Origin: Felis catus
Taxonomy: Eukaryota
Length of the DNA stretch: 64,000 nt
Reading direction: 5' to 3'
Assembly (NCBI RefSeq): GCF_018350175.1
Contig: NC_058368.1
Location: forward strand, 165,108,001-165,172,000
Of this stretch, positions 12,786 through 26,872 are shown one piece after another. Each line of letters begins with the position of its first letter. Within the stretch, counting starts at the first letter, position 1. The notes under the pieces were generated by a model. That model saw nothing but the letters and a program-made list of their open reading frames with translations. It made no database searches and was not told the origin of the DNA. Made by a program: the position numbers and the translations under genes.

Positions 12786-15769
12786 AGAAAAAGGGCAGAA
12801 CAATTTTAAAATTGAAGTAATGTTTGAAAAATATAAAGAAAAAATGCTTTAACTAAAAAAATTGGGCATTTCATTATATTTTTCATGCAAACTTGTCAGA
12901 TTCGTTGAGATTTTTGGTTTTTATATTACTTTAACATGAAATAACAAGCAACTAAACTTTACCTTTGCTAGGTATTATTAAAATAAAAGTTTGATACTCA
13001 TTCAGAAAAAAGTTGAATCAATATTTTCACCTAGCATCACTTTTATATATATAATCCACTGACAACTCATAAGTTTGACAAAGGGGGAAAAAAACTATCA
13101 AAGATACTTTTAATGGTTTAAATCAACAAGGATAATTGAAAAGAAAATAACTGTGTGTTTATATTATTTCTTTCTCATTAGCACAAGATAAGATACATTT
13201 TGTTTTGCATTTGAAAAGGCTATGAATCATCTTAAGGGATTTATATTGTTTAAAAAAGCATGCTTTATTTCAACCTTTTTAAAGCTGTTCTTTTAAGAAT
13301 ATTTATTTTTAAGTCTTGGTTTTTTAGGTGAAAAACTGATTCACTTTCAAACACCCTCTAAGATTTTGTTAGTCGTTAAAAATATTCAGCTACGAGATAG
13401 CCATTCAAGGCAATGTCACAAATGTCTGAGTTATTTTCAATGAAGACTCAATTATATGTCTTCATTTTTCTTTCCCTTTGATATGAGCAACCAGCAAAGA
13501 AGAAAATCATTTCTATGATGGACAAAAGACATTTCATATTGACTTCTGGGTTTCCCAGAGAATGAAGAGCATAATGAAAAATAAAAAGGAGTGAATAAAG
13601 AATGTAATGCTTTGTAATCTTGAAATCTATTCTTGAAGAATCTGTAACTGAAATCCACTTCTGAATGACACCATACAACATCATATCTAATTCTTCACCA
13701 GAAAGACAGCTTTTCTTTTCACAAAAGTTTTATCAATTATATATTTCAAAACTGCCAGGCAGATGAGAGCTTAGTTGATCTAAACCATCTTAAGTCCTTG
13801 CAGGTCAATGGGGCCATTGATTCAGTTCTTTGGACACATCGTGAATGTGTTATGAATTGCTGGGTTTCTGTCACATGAGGAGAAAAGGTCTCAGACAAGA
13901 CATTTTTGAAGGAGTAACTAGTTTGGTGGATTTATTTTATTTTATTTTTTGTTTTGTTTTGTTTTTGTGCATCTAAGAAAGATAGAAAGGTCTGCTTAGT
14001 TTAATCCTACTCTCATTTCTTTTTAGTAACAGTCTTAACTTCTTTTAAGTCATATCTTCAATTCAATAATTTAGGTAAACAATAAGTTCAAGAAAAAAAA
14101 ATTGATCCCTCAAAGTAGGCCTTCATCTGCAGGGACTAAATGACAATTTACAGCATATTTCAATAGTGCATGATTTTTTCACAAATTTCATTAGCACACC
14201 ATTGATTGCTCATTTTTCAGCTCTCAAAACAATTTAACATAGTCTCTTTCATGCAGAGGATAACATATTCATATTATTTGATTTTTGATGAAACCAAATG
14301 ACCCTTTAAATTTGCAATAGAGTTCTTTAATTTTGTATGAGTTTCTTTACTGCTGTTCATTTAATTTTCTGTTTCCATTAACCACCTGCAAGCATTTGAC
14401 TCTATGACAATTATTCAGCTGTGCTACATCATGACTGACATATTTTATAAGTGAAAAAATAAAGAAGAAAAGAAAATGGAGGAGGGTTAGAGATCACAAG
14501 AGAAAGGAGGAGAAAGCAATCGAACACAAATGTCATGGTTTGGAATCATGTATTTTCCATTCAGCTGAAACATCTGAGTGGTAATTATTGGTCCAACTGT
14601 AAATCTAGCCTAATTGCATTTTGTCTTCATTTCTGATAAGCACTTCACGATGATGATGATTACTCCTGCTAAATGCATTCATTCCATGAATGTTTTCCCA
14701 CACTGATGGCCAGGGGGCCTTGCAGATAAAAAGACTGCAGACAAAATAGCTCAATTCTGCTACAACTAAATCAGTATTGATTTCTTTTTCCAAGTGACAG
14801 AGGGACCCACTATCTATGCCTTTCATTTCTCTGTCTACCCACCACATACAGGGGTTTGGTCAGTACATATGAGAATGTACTTTAATTAACTGACATAACT
14901 GAGAGGCCAATCCTGGGCAATTAGCACTGATTAACTGTGTCACTTGTCTGACAAATAAAGAACATTACATCTTGCCCGTTTCCTTAAAGGCCTCAATTGA
15001 AAAGAACCCCACTGTTTGATTTAATTTTTCTTTGTACCATGGAAACCTTTTGCCATGTTGATTTAAATGTAATTTTTGCCTCTTTATACTTATGCTTTTT
15101 TTATTTCCTATTATTGAATACCCAGTGAGCCTTTTCAATGATGGCACGGGGACAGGCTGTTAGCATCTTTTCATAAATCTCTGTATTTCATAGTAGGACA
15201 ATTAAGCTAAACATTTGGATTTCTGCTACAAATTTAAATGTGCAAGTGGGAGCAAATGGCTATGGAATTGAAGGCCATTATATGGCTTCATCATTGCAGT
15301 GCAGCTTTTCAAACTCAACAAGGGTTCTGACAAAGAAATTCTAGAAAAATTGTAGTTCTGGAGTCTTTCTGAGAAAATTTCAATAACTTAGCATCAAGTA
15401 AAAGCTACAGACTGAAAATCACACTTGGCTATTCATTTGGCTGATTTAGACATTTCATCTTCTTCTTAAACATTTATGAGCAGCACTTGAACCCATCTTT
15501 GACAATGGGACAAGAGAGAAAGACTGTCATCAAGCTTCTGGAACACAGGCTCTGAACGATTCTTATTTTAACTCAGGGCTGAACACCTGCAGATGGGGAT
15601 AATAGTCAAAGATGTAAAAAGCTAATGTATAAAAGTATGAAGACTGCAGTTTGTGGGGAAAAAAAGGCTTAAATTAAATGGATCTGGTTCTTAAAATCTG
15701 GTACAATGCTTGGAATATTCAGAAATAAATAAATCCTCCTGGAATAGAATTTTTACAAAGATTATTCTC

Positions 15770-16245
15770 AGTAGATGGTTACTTGCTTGCCCAGTGTCCA
15801 CTCTTTCTTCTTGTGACAGCCCTGGCTCTTCATTTGCAGTTCTATCCTTCCCTTAATCCCAATCTATGTGGCCTGAAACAGGCTTCACTCTAGCAATAAG
15901 TAAGGGGCCTATGAACCAAGCCTACACCCATCCTTGGGTAACAATTCCTGGCCACATAATTCAATTAGGGTGAGCACATAATCCAAGCTACTCTGATCAG
16001 AGTGACTCTCCAGGCTTTTCAGATCACTTCAGAAAAGATCTCCTTTCTACTGGACTTTAACAAGGAGGTGTCTATTGTATCCACATATCTTGCCAATATG
16101 CACGGCCACAGAATGAAGTTAACCCATTGAAGAATGTAGAAAGATAGCACAAGCCAGTGCCATCATTGGGGTTTGTGCTTATGAGTCAGTATATTCCATT
16201 GTTGTAAGCCAGTTTGCATTGATTTTTCTGTCACCAAAATAGTTA
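15770..16245 (+). mobile_element. Old MaLR solo LTR (MLT1K/L-like)
   Basis: 'cctggccacataattcaattagggtgagcacataatccaagc...atcagagtga' and 3' 'taagccagtttgcattgatttttctgtcac' resemble MLT1J/K/L. Confidence 0.6.
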
Positions 16246-17849
16246 ATTATAAAAGCTAAATCTATTTGAGTGAGAGCAGCATTAAAGCAAATAGGGGTAA
16301 GAAAATGCTCCAACTTTAGCTGGGAGCAAGCACAACTTAACTTCCACTGTTCCCTTAAATTTTATTCATTCAGTGTAAATTTCCCTGACCCAGATGAAAA
16401 TTCTAGCAGGATGGTGATTTTACTGCATATTATATAAACTGTCCAGAAATCCCCTTTAATTTCAGCGATTCAGAAATAAGATTGTTTAGTCCCATAGACG
16501 AATACAAACTCTAAGTTGCCTCTGTGTTCAGTCATTTTACCAGCCTCAGAATGGAAGCCTATAAAAGGAAGAACATGATCCTTTTTAATATTCTCCATCT
16601 TGTTTTTTCTCCTTGTTTACTGTGGCTTCAGAATTGGGTGATTCAGAGCAATGAAGCTTAGGATGCTCTTTGAGGAAGTCAAGGAGGGGAAACCAATTTA
16701 TCTGGTGGCTAGTGATAGGATAGATATAGACAAGATGGAGAGTCATTTGAATTGGGAAAGAAAAGTGGCTCCGGAATGAGATAGATGGTTAGCATCTCTG
16801 CTTGGCTTCCATTGGCTGTGACCTCAGAGTAAGTTGCTAAGCTTTAGCCTTTGCATTTAGGGTTAAAATATTTTAGGTGTTCTATAAGAAATGCAAGATA
16901 CTGCACAGCAGGCTTACCCATTGCAATCATTTAATAAGTTGTTAAAGTTATTTGGGAAGATTTATTAGCAGGGGGTCGGGAATAGTCCATCATACCCTTT
17001 TCTAGTCATACAGAGTGACAGCATATGAAGAATGGTTACTTTTTTTGAAGTGTCATGATTTCCCACAATGTAAAAACAGATAAAAATCCATGTTATAGAA
17101 TTATTCTAATGATCTATCCTTACTGATAAACATTTTGAGTCAGGAGTTAACTATTTCTGAGAAGGGAAAACATTAGCATCAACTAAGAGTCTTAAGTCTA
17201 AGTCCTCTGTGAGCAGATAGCAATCTAGGCATCCCTAGGAGCACATTGGAGAATGCTTTGTGAATAGTTGGTACATTCATGACTGTTGGCCAAATAACCT
17301 TTACAAGCTAATGTGATAAATATTAAAGATAACAATATATTTTGCTTTTTACTAAAAATACTACTTATTTTGTGTGTCATTACAAAACACAGCAAACTAA
17401 AACTTACCTCAGCAATTAATTTCTTCCTCAAATAGCTATACTTGTACATGATTACATATTTCTGCAACTCTATGTATTGGATCAATATGCTCTATAAGTT
17501 TTGCAGCCACATGCATCATAAGGCATTTATGTTTTCAATTCTGAGTGTTAATTTAGGGTTCCACAATTAAACATGCTTTAATCAGTGAAATATGAATAGT
17601 TTGGGCCTGCTTGAGAGTAAAATGTAGAACTTAATTCTTTCAAATTATACCTATGTCTAAATGAAGAAAATATAGTCCCTGAGGAATATATGGGGTATTT
17701 GTGTGTGAAATATATTCTTGACAAAAAATATATAATTTTTTTTGGAAAAATGTGATTTGACTTGAATTAAGCAATATGTGATTATAATAAAAATAGATAA
17801 AGCTTATGTTGGTTCTCTTGGTAGGAACTAGAGTTTACTCTGAGGTTAA

Positions 17850-18704
17850 GAGTCACTTTCTGTGACTATGTAACAAGTTACCAAAAACTAAACCATGTAA
17901 AACAACATACATGTATGGTCTCACAGTTTCCATGTGTCAGGGATCTCGGCATGTCTTCATTGGATTCTCCTCTCAGGGTCTCTCACAAGGATGAAATCAA
18001 AATGGTTTCCACGTTGTGTTCCTTTCTGCTGCTTGAGGCCCTCTTCCAAAGCCTATGGTTTTTAGTAGAGTTCAGTTCCTTGCGGCTATATGATTCAGGT
18101 CCCATTTTCCTTCTTTTTTTTTTCTTTTTTAATGTTTATTTATTTTTGAGAGAAAGAAAGACAGAGTGCCAGCAGGAGAGGGGCAGAGAGATGGAGACAC
18201 AGAATCCAAAACAGGCTCCAGGCTCTGAGATGTAAGTACAGAGGGAACTTGAACTCACAAGCTGTGAGATGAAGACCTGAACCAAAGTCAGACGCTCAAC
18301 TGACTGAGCCACCCAAGTCCCCCTTAGGTCCCCTTTTCTTGCTAGCTGTTGGAGACTAACACTAGGTTCAGTTCTTTGCACTTTGCTCTGCCTTGACACT
18401 TTGACTTTTTGGTTCATGTTTTCAAAGCAGCCAGCAGGAGAACATATCTGATCTCCATGAAGGCTCTAGTCTTTCTTTTACCTGATTAGATCAAGTCCTC
18501 TTAGGGTAACCTCCCCTTTAATTAAGTCAAACACAACTGATTAAGGGCTTTAATTACATCTGAAAATATTTTATCATGTAAAATACCTAGCTTTATATCA
18601 CATCGTATTCAGGAGTTCTTCCAATAGTCAGAGGGAGAGTTTGTAGAGACATGTATACTGGTGCATTTGAACCTTCAGGGTCATCTAGAATTCTCCTTAC
18701 CACA
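17850..18704 (-). mobile_element. MaLR solo LTR (MLT1E/F-like), interrupted by a SINE
   Basis: 'tctcacagtttccatgtgtcagg', 'caactgattaagggctttaattacatctg' and terminal 'tagaattctccttaccaca'. Confidence 0.75.
18111..18323 (-). mobile_element. Can-SINE inside MLT1 LTR
   Basis: SINE body; degenerate TSD aggtcccMttttc on both sides. Confidence 0.93.
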
Positions 18705-19586
18705 GAATCTAGTTGAGGAATATATCTTTAAGTGAGACTAACTTTTTCTTTCCAAATATAATCTTCTAGGTAATGATTAAAAAGAATTCTTTGAATCCAA
18801 CTATCTAAATACAGTCATGGACAATCATGGTTCTTTTTGTCTCCCTTTAATATATTCTATACTCTATAATGGGAAATTATACATAGATATGTGCATTTTG
18901 CTTCAGGACTATCATTACTAAGATTTAGTCATTGTTTATTAATTTGCCTAAAGAACAATCTTTATGCAGGCTTAGTCAATTGTTTTTAGGATTGGCTTTG
19001 ATTCCATCTAAAATGCTTAGAAAAACATTGGCTGTCACTCTGTGAAGCTATAGTTTTATTTCCTTTAACTGTAATTATTGTTTTGCTTTAATCAGTGCCA
19101 TCCATGTATTCTATTTATGAAAATTGAGGTTTGATGTCTTCTGATAGAATAAGCTAATTTTATCCTGACATCTGTGACTGTGATGTGATGTCTGCTTAAC
19201 ATCATTACACCTCCAGTGACATTAGTAGCTTACTTATCCCCAATATCATACAAAGTTAACTGTATAGGATCAAAAACTCAGGAATGAAGCTGAAAACTCA
19301 CATTTAAAATGTTCAATTTTCCTGATTTTGAGAGTTTGCAATCACTCCACTTCAAAATGATAGGACCTGAGGTTACAGATAACCCTTCATCTTTCACCTC
19401 TGGGATGTTAGAAAGCATTAAAGGTGGGGGAAAACAAGAAGGTACAACATTGACTTAAAGCCAGAGGGTTTGGGGATGAAACATTTATTTTCCTTGTCTG
19501 CTGTCAAAATCCACAAAAGTGTACTATGTAGAAAATTATTTGTTTTCAGTGTTAGTTCAGGTACTGTTCCAAGTGTAGCAGTCTAG

Positions 19587-19588
<2 letters not shown>

Positions 19589-19622
<34 letters not shown>
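19589..19622. repeat. (GT)n microsatellite
   Basis: Directly visible. Confidence 0.99.
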
Positions 19623-19623
<1 letters not shown>

Positions 19624-20660
19624 GAATGACTTTGCAAAGAACTGGAATTTATACAGTTTTAAGTACTTTTGCTCAATACACATATTTGGGACTACTTGAG
19701 TAAGTTGTATTTAACATCTTTCTCTTTGTCAATTTATTGACTGCCAAATAGGAAGTCAATACACATGAAATAATCCTTAAAAGTGTACTGCCCGTTCTGG
19801 GAAATATTATTTCAGAATATAGGTGTTTATTTTACTAAAATAATCTTTTTTATTTTTGAAATACAGTATATACACTTTTTTAATAGTTGCAAATCATGCA
19901 TATGGACCAAGTGGTCATCAACTCAGACATCTAGGATGCTGTAGGCTCAGCACAGCCTCCAAGCCACTTGCTCAGATTCCATCAGGGTGATTACATAGCC
20001 CTCCATGTGGGGCCTTTTATGTTGCAGTTGATGCAGCAGCTGATATGTCCATGAACCCTATGCATACCTGCATGCATGATCCCTGTGTGCCTGCCCGACC
20101 TAGCACCTGGTGACTCTTACCAGCCTGATGGGCTGCAGAAACCACTGGCCATGAGAGTGGCTTGGTAGCTGTTAGAATGCTACTCAACTAATTCTTAAGC
20201 AAAGTTTTGAAAGCTGGTGCAGAGTTGCTTTTCAGAATTGATTTTCAAAATATAAAATATATTCTCCTTTTTATTCTTCATTTGATCTTTAGAATTAAAA
20301 TTGATTGTGAAATCAGCTACAGGTAAAAGGATAAACAGGATTTGAGGTTATATATGAAAACTGTTAAAAGTACAACTTGTTTTATCCTTCCTTGTGGAAA
20401 AAGCTTGATCATTTCATTCTCTATTGGTAAACATCCTTTATCTATGATAAATCTCAGTTGTATGTTCCTGGATGCACAGTTCAAAGCCAACTGAGCAAAG
20501 CTGCAGGTGCTACACATGAGGCTGAGCCTGACGGTGTGCTATTCAAGTAATCAAAAATTGAGGATTAAAAAGCCTACTATGTGCTAGCTACTAGTTTTAA
20601 AAATAAGAATTGTTATGTTGTATTAGAGAGTCTTTCAATATTTTTATGTTTTATTTTCTG

Positions 20661-20855
20661 TTTTTTTTTAATGTTTATTTATTTTGAGAGAGTGTGAGTA
20701 GGGAGGGGCAGAGAGAGAAGGAGAGAGAAAATCCCAAGCAGGCTCCCTCCTCAGTGCAGAGCCTGATGCAGGGCTGGATCTCACAACCATGAGATCATAA
20801 CCTGAGCTGAAATCAAGAGTTAGACACTTAACCCACTGGACCACCCATGTGCCCC
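20661..20855 (-). mobile_element. Can-SINE (older)
   Basis: 'gagatcataacctgagctgaaatcaagagt...ccacccatgtgcccc'. Confidence 0.92.
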
Positions 20856-21225
20856 TTAACCTTTTTAGAATGTAATCTCTGTGAGTGGCTTAAAGGGGTG
20901 GTAAAAATAGGGTAGTAACTGATGTCCTCCACAGGCTCAGCAAAATCTATAAAGATACTAATAGATCTTAGTAAATATATTATGGTTGAGGTATTTGTAA
21001 ATTTTCCATGGCCTTCTAAAGATAAATGGTATGTTGTTTATATCTGGAACAGCAGATTATTTTTTGTCCAACTATTAGCTAAAGTATTATTTTTTTCAAT
21101 TGCAAGCTAAAGGATTTTTGCCTTATGCTTATGGTAATTTTATCTTTTTTAGATGTCAAAAAATTCACATTGGTACAATTATTTTGGGTAACATATTTTG
21201 TTTACTCTCCCCTTACCCACAAAGA

Positions 21226-21606
21226 TTTTAATTTAATTTTTTTATTTAAAAAAATTTACATCCAAATTAGTTAGCCTATAGTGAAACAATGATTTCAGGA
21301 GTAGATTCCTTAATGCCCCTTACCCATTTAGCCCATCCCCCTCCCACAACCCCTCCAGTAACCCTCAGTTTGTTCTCCATATATATGAGTCTTTTCTGTT
21401 TTGTCCCCCTCCCTGTTTTTATATTATTTTTGTTTCCCTTACCTTATGTTCATCTGTTTTGTCTCTTAAAGTCCTCATATGAGTGAAGTCATATGATTTT
21501 TGTCTTTCTCTGACTGACTAATTTCACTTAGCATAATACCCTCCAGTTCCATCCACGTAGTTGCAAATGGTAAGATTTCATTCTTTTTGACTGCTGATTA
21601 ATACTC

Positions 21607-21664
<58 letters not shown>

Positions 21665-21905
21665 CATACCACATCTTCTTTATCCATTCATCCATCGGTG
21701 GACATTTGGGCTATTCCCATACTTTGGCTATTGTTGATAGTGCTGCTATAAACGTGGGGGTGCATGTGTCCCTTCAAAACAGCACACCTGTATCCCATGG
21801 ATAAATGCCTAGTAGTGCAATTGCTGGGTCATAGGGTAGTTATATTTTTAGTTTTTTTGAGGAACCTCCATACTGTTTTCCAGAGTGGCTGCACCAGCTT
21901 TCATT
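21226..21905 (-). mobile_element. 5'-truncated felid/carnivore LINE-1 (3' UTR and ORF2 end)
   Basis: 'acatccaaattagttagc...', 'gaggaacctccatactgttttccagagtggctgcaccag'; internal (TA)n at 21612-21662. Confidence 0.93.
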
Positions 21906-21974
21906 GTAAAAGAAAATGTAATTATATACAAATTCAGGATAATGTAATGGGGATTAAGTACACATCCTATAGAG

Positions 21975-22140
21975 AAGTTTTGAGTTTGAATATTGCTCTT
22001 GCTCCTTACTTGGTATAATTTTGAACAACTACCCAGATGAATCTATTAACTATAATGAGATTGCACATAAAGCATTTATTATAATGCCTGATTCAGGGTT
22101 AAGTGTCAGTAAATATTAACTATTTATATCACTTTATTAT
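21975..22140 (+). mobile_element. MIR remnant
   Basis: 'gagtttgaat...ataatgagattgcacataaagcattt...atgcctg...cagtaaatattaactatt' resembles the MIR head and tail. Confidence 0.5.
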
Positions 22141-23364
22141 CATGATGAGCATCTTATAAAGTCAAAATGATAATGTTTCTGAGAAGAAAGATAGATAAAC
22201 AATCGCTTGGCTTTATATGACTGCTGTATTAAATTTTGTTCGTAAAATTTATAAGGATATTTAGGACCTGAAAAAACTTGTCAAAAGTGCTAAATATATA
22301 ATAAAAGTCAGATTGTGAAGTTTCATCAGCAATATCGAACACATAGTTTTGAGATTTTGTATTCATTGAAGTCATTTTAACTTCAGATTTCCTAACGAAT
22401 TTATTTTTTTTCCAGATGTGAAACCATTGCTATCCTTTTAAAAATCAAAACCTGTATTACAAACATGTTTAAAAAATAAAGAAGAAGGGTTCTGAGATTT
22501 TACAACTAGTTTGCATTTGTGTGTTTGTATGTATACATGTGTATGTGTGTGCATATATGTGTGAGTGTATGCACATACATATTCCCAATATATGAATATA
22601 TAAGCTTAACATGTTTACTACCAGTCTTTAATGATTTGCTTTAAAAATTTAATTTTTAATCTGATTCTTTTCTTTTTGATATATTTTATTCTTAATAGAA
22701 GGAGTTATGTAATATTTTTACCATTTAAAGTGTTAATTTGAAGAATCATTTTCACTAGAATCTTGTTTTTAGTGTTTTCTAGTATTCAAACATAGGATTA
22801 TAAAATTTCTGATGTTTCTTATTATATAACCTTACTCTCCAGTAAGTCATTGTTTGTAGTAAGGAATGTAGCTACTATAAATATGTTATTCTGCTCTACC
22901 ATGCACTTTCTTGCCCTTGATTAAAGCATATTTTTCCTTATAATTCCCCATGTTTTAGAATGTGGTTCTTTCTTTATATATTAAAATATCAATTAGAGTT
23001 CTGTAAATGAAAAAAAAAGTCTTCAGAACCATAGAGTGTTTAATGTATGGGGAATAAGTTTCTAGAGGTATCATCAATATTATACATTTTAAACGTTTAC
23101 TGGGTGATGTTTTCTGTCAAACAACTCATCACAAACAACTACAATCTTAGCCTCTTCATTTCTTTATTTTTGTATTTGTGTTCCCTCTTCTAATGGTACA
23201 GCCAGTGTTCAGTTCTTCTTTACATCATTTCTTGCCTTGTGTTTCTGTACCTTGTAACTATGTCCCCACAGAAGATTCTTCTCTTTAAAGTGTAAGCCTA
23301 ATCATACCATTTTCATATATAAAAAGCTTCAATAAGCCTAGAACTCCAAAGAGGTAGAATATAT

Positions 23365-24405
23365 GTACTTCTTCCTGTTCCACCCTCCCAGTGGGAAATT
23401 GATCATCTAAACATAAATGTTACAAAAATAATACTCTGAAAGGCAGCAAGAATGCAAACAAGCTTGGGCCCTCAGGGCTCAATGAAAAGTGAATTTCCCC
23501 GGTTTTCTTTCTGCTTTATATATACAGACAAAGCCTGGAGAGGCTGGCAACCTGGAAACACCAACAGATACAGACCAAAAAGGCCTTAAAAAACTTACTC
23601 CCTTAAGACAACAGACCAGAAAAGGGACAGCTGGCAAGACAGCAATCTTTTAAACAATGATCATACTACTCCACAGGAAAGAAAAACCACAGAAAAAATG
23701 CTGTCAAATCTCTACCACTGACAGCTGTCTAGACTTCAGTTGCACCAGCTTGTAATCAGGAGACCTAATTCCACACCAACCCCTGCTGATGAGGTATCAA
23801 ACAAGACACGATATTGAGTAGGTACCTTCATCACTGTCCTGCGGTACTGAGCCACAACCTACCCACCCCTATCAGTGACCATACAGAAAGCCTGAATTTC
23901 CACTCCTACCCAGAGATGAAGCTCCCTTTCCATCTATGTTGAGATGGCATCAGAGGGACCTAGGGGAGAGTCAGGACTTTGACCATTTCCTATTATAAGG
24001 AAAGTACTCCCACGGAGGCCAAGTAGGAATCACCTTCTCAGCCAATGTGCTGTAAATGAAGACCTTATTGGGTAGCCATTATTCCCACTCATGCCCTGAG
24101 AAAGCAGAAAACCTCCCCACTAGGTATCAACAGAAGCTGAGTGGGAAAGGTAGACTTACAATCCCATTTGGAAGTAAATAATTGGTGTCGCCTCCTTTTT
24201 CTCTGTTGCAAAAAATCAGGAAGAGCTCAAGGTGAATAAAAAAAAGGCGGCATATGCCAAAATTGAAATGGCACAGATTATAGAATTATCTGACAAGGAT
24301 TTTAACTCATAATCATAAAATGCTTCAAGAAGCAATTACAAAACATTTGAAACAAACAAATGATTGAAAAGTCTCAGCAAAAGCTTTGAAGACCCTAATG
24401 GAAAA
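23365..24405 (+). mobile_element. Old LINE-1 (L1MC/L1MD-type) 5' UTR and ORF1 start
   Basis: 'tagaattatctgacaaggattttaa...aaaatgcttcaagaagcaattaca...gaaaagtctcagcaaa' resembles L1M ORF1. Confidence 0.65.
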
Positions 24406-25389
24406 TTTTTTAGACTCTATTTTTTAAAGCAGTTTTAGTTTTACAGCAAAATTGAGAGGAAAATACAGAGATTTCCTACATACCCTGGCCCCAACACGTG
24501 CATTGCCTCCTTCATTGTCAACATCTTCCGCTAGAGTGGTACATTTGTTATAACTGATAAACCTACATTGACACGTCATAATCATCCAAAGTTTACATTA
24601 GGGTCCACTCTTGGGGTTTTCTCTTCTGTAGATTTGCAAAAATGTATAATGTCATGTATCCATCATCATAGTATCATACAAGGTATTTTTGATGCCCTAA
24701 AAATCGTTACACCTATTGATTGCCACCCCACTAATAGTTTCTGATTTCCAATTTTGCCTTTTCTAGCATGCCATATTGTTAAAATCACCACAATATGTAG
24801 TCCTTTCAGATTGGCTTATTTCACTTTGTAATATGCATTTAAGTTTCTCTTATGTCTTTTCCTGTCTTGATAGCTCATCTCTTTTTAGCATTGAATAATA
24901 TTCCATTTTCTGGAGGTACCACAGTTTATGTATCCATTCACCTACTAAAGGACATCTTCAGTGATTCCAAGTTTTGGCATTATATATAACACTGCTATAT
25001 ATCTTAGTGCAGGTTTTGGATGGACATTAGCTTTGAACTCCTTTGATAAACACCAAGGAATATAATTGCTGGATCATATGGTAAGAGTATGGCTAGTTTT
25101 GTGAGAAACCACCAAGCCATCTTCCAAAGTGCCAAAGTGCCATATCTATGCCATTTCCATTCCCACTGGTAATGAAGGAGAGTTCCTGTTACTCTGCACC
25201 TTTACCACATTCTTGTTACCATTTGGAGTTGTGAATGTTCTGGATTTTGCCCATTCTAATAAGTAGCATTTAGTGTTGTTTTAATTTGCATTTGCCTATT
25301 GACAAAATGATGTTGAGCATCTTTTCATATGCTAATTTGCCATCCATATGTCCTCTTTGGTAATGTGTCTGTTCTGGCTTTTGGGCATT

Positions 25390-25624
25390 TAAAAAAATTT
25401 TTTTTAGTTTATTTCTTTATTTTTGAGAGAGAGGCAGAGACAGTGAGTGGGGGAAGGGCAGAGAGAGAGAGAGAGGGAGAGAGAGAGGAAGAGAGAGAAT
25501 CCCAAGCAAGCCCTGCACTGTCAGCTCAGAGCCTGATGTGGGCTTGAACTCACAAACTGTGAGATCATGACCTGACCTGAAACCAATAGTTGGACACTTA
25601 ACCGACAGAGCCACCCAGGCACCC
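25390..25624 (-). mobile_element. Can-SINE (older)
   Basis: SINE body; TSD tgttctggcttttgg at 25370-25384 and 25627-25641. Confidence 0.94.
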
Positions 25625-25647
25625 AGTGTTCTGGCTTTTGGAAATAT

Positions 25648-25865
25648 ATATTTTTTAAATTTTTTTAACGTTTATTTATTTTTAAGACAGAGACAGAGCA
25701 TCAACAGGGGAGTGGCAGAGAGAGAGGGAGACACAGAATCCGAAACGGGCTCCAGGCTCTGAGCTGTCAGCACAGAGCCCGATGCGGGGCTCGAACTCAC
25801 GGACCATGAGATCATGACCTGAGCCGAAGTCGGACGCTTAGCCGACTGAGCCACCCAGGCACCCC
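25648..25865 (-). mobile_element. Can-SINE (SINEC_Fc2-like, CpG-rich)
   Basis: SINE body; TSD gcttttggaaatat at 25634-25647 and 25867-25880. Confidence 0.96.
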
Positions 25866-26039
25866 AGCTTTTGGAAATATTTTTAAATTGGTTTGTTCGT
25901 TTTCTTATTCTTTGTATATTTTGGATGGCAGGATTTTCTTTTTTTTTTATTGTATGTGTCTTTTGCAAATATTTTCTCCCAGTCTGTAGCTTATCTTTTC
26001 ATTCTCTGTCAGGGTCTTTTGCAGAGCAAAAGTGGGTTT

Positions 26040-26064
26040 TCTTGTTTTATTTTGTTTTGTTTAT

Positions 26065-26105
<41 letters not shown>

Positions 26106-26267
26106 AGTAATGGGGAGAGGGGCAGAGGAAGAGGGAGAGAGAATCTTAAGCAGCCTCCAGGCTCAGCACAGAGCCCAACACAGAGCTGTATCCTAAGACC
26201 CGGGGATCATGACCTGAGCTGCAACCAAGAGTCTGACGCTCAACCGACTGTGTCACCCAGATGCCCC
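26040..26267 (-). mobile_element. Can-SINE (older) with long (GA)n
   Basis: 'gatcatgacctgagctgcaaccaagagtctgacgctcaaccgactgtgtcacccagatgcccc'. Confidence 0.92.
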
Positions 26268-26586
26268 AGAAGTTTGTAATTTTAATTAAGTCCAGCTTAT
26301 CAATTATTTTTTTTCACGGGTTGCATCTTTGGTATCTAAAATATCATCATGATACCCAAACTCTTCCAGTTTCTTTAATCTACATGAGCCTATTAGGATT
26401 GTCTATTTCTTTTCCTATGAGTTGTGGCAGCTTTTGTCTTTCAAGGAGTTGATATTCATTTCATCTAGGTTCTCAAATTTGTGGATATAGAATTGTTTAT
26501 AACATGCCTGTATTATACTTTTACTGTTCTTTGGATTTGTAGTGATGTCTCCTCTTTCATTTCTAATGTTAGTAGTTTGTGTCCTT

Positions 26587-26617
<31 letters not shown>

Positions 26618-26659
26618 CTTAGTTTCCTGGCTAAGGCTTATTGCTTTTATTGCTTTTTT

Positions 26660-26872
26660 AAATTTTTTTTTTCAACGTTTATTTATTTTTGGGACAGAGA
26701 GAGACAGAGCATGAACGGGGGAGGGGCAGAGAGAGAGGGAGACACAATCGGAAACAGGCTCCAGGCTCTGAGCCATCAGCCCAGAGCCCAATGCGGGGCT
26801 CGAACTCACGGACCGCGAGATCGTGACCTGGCTGAAGTCGGACGCTTAACCGACTGCACCACCCAGGCGCCC
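26660..26872 (-). mobile_element. Young Can-SINE (SINEC_Fc)
   Basis: Near-consensus body; short TSD tattgMtttttt. Confidence 0.97.

Noticed and set aside
24246..24280. U6 snRNA-like string 'ggcggcatatgccaaaattgaaatggcacaga'
   Set aside because: It runs directly into L1M ORF1 sequence, and the rest of U6 is absent
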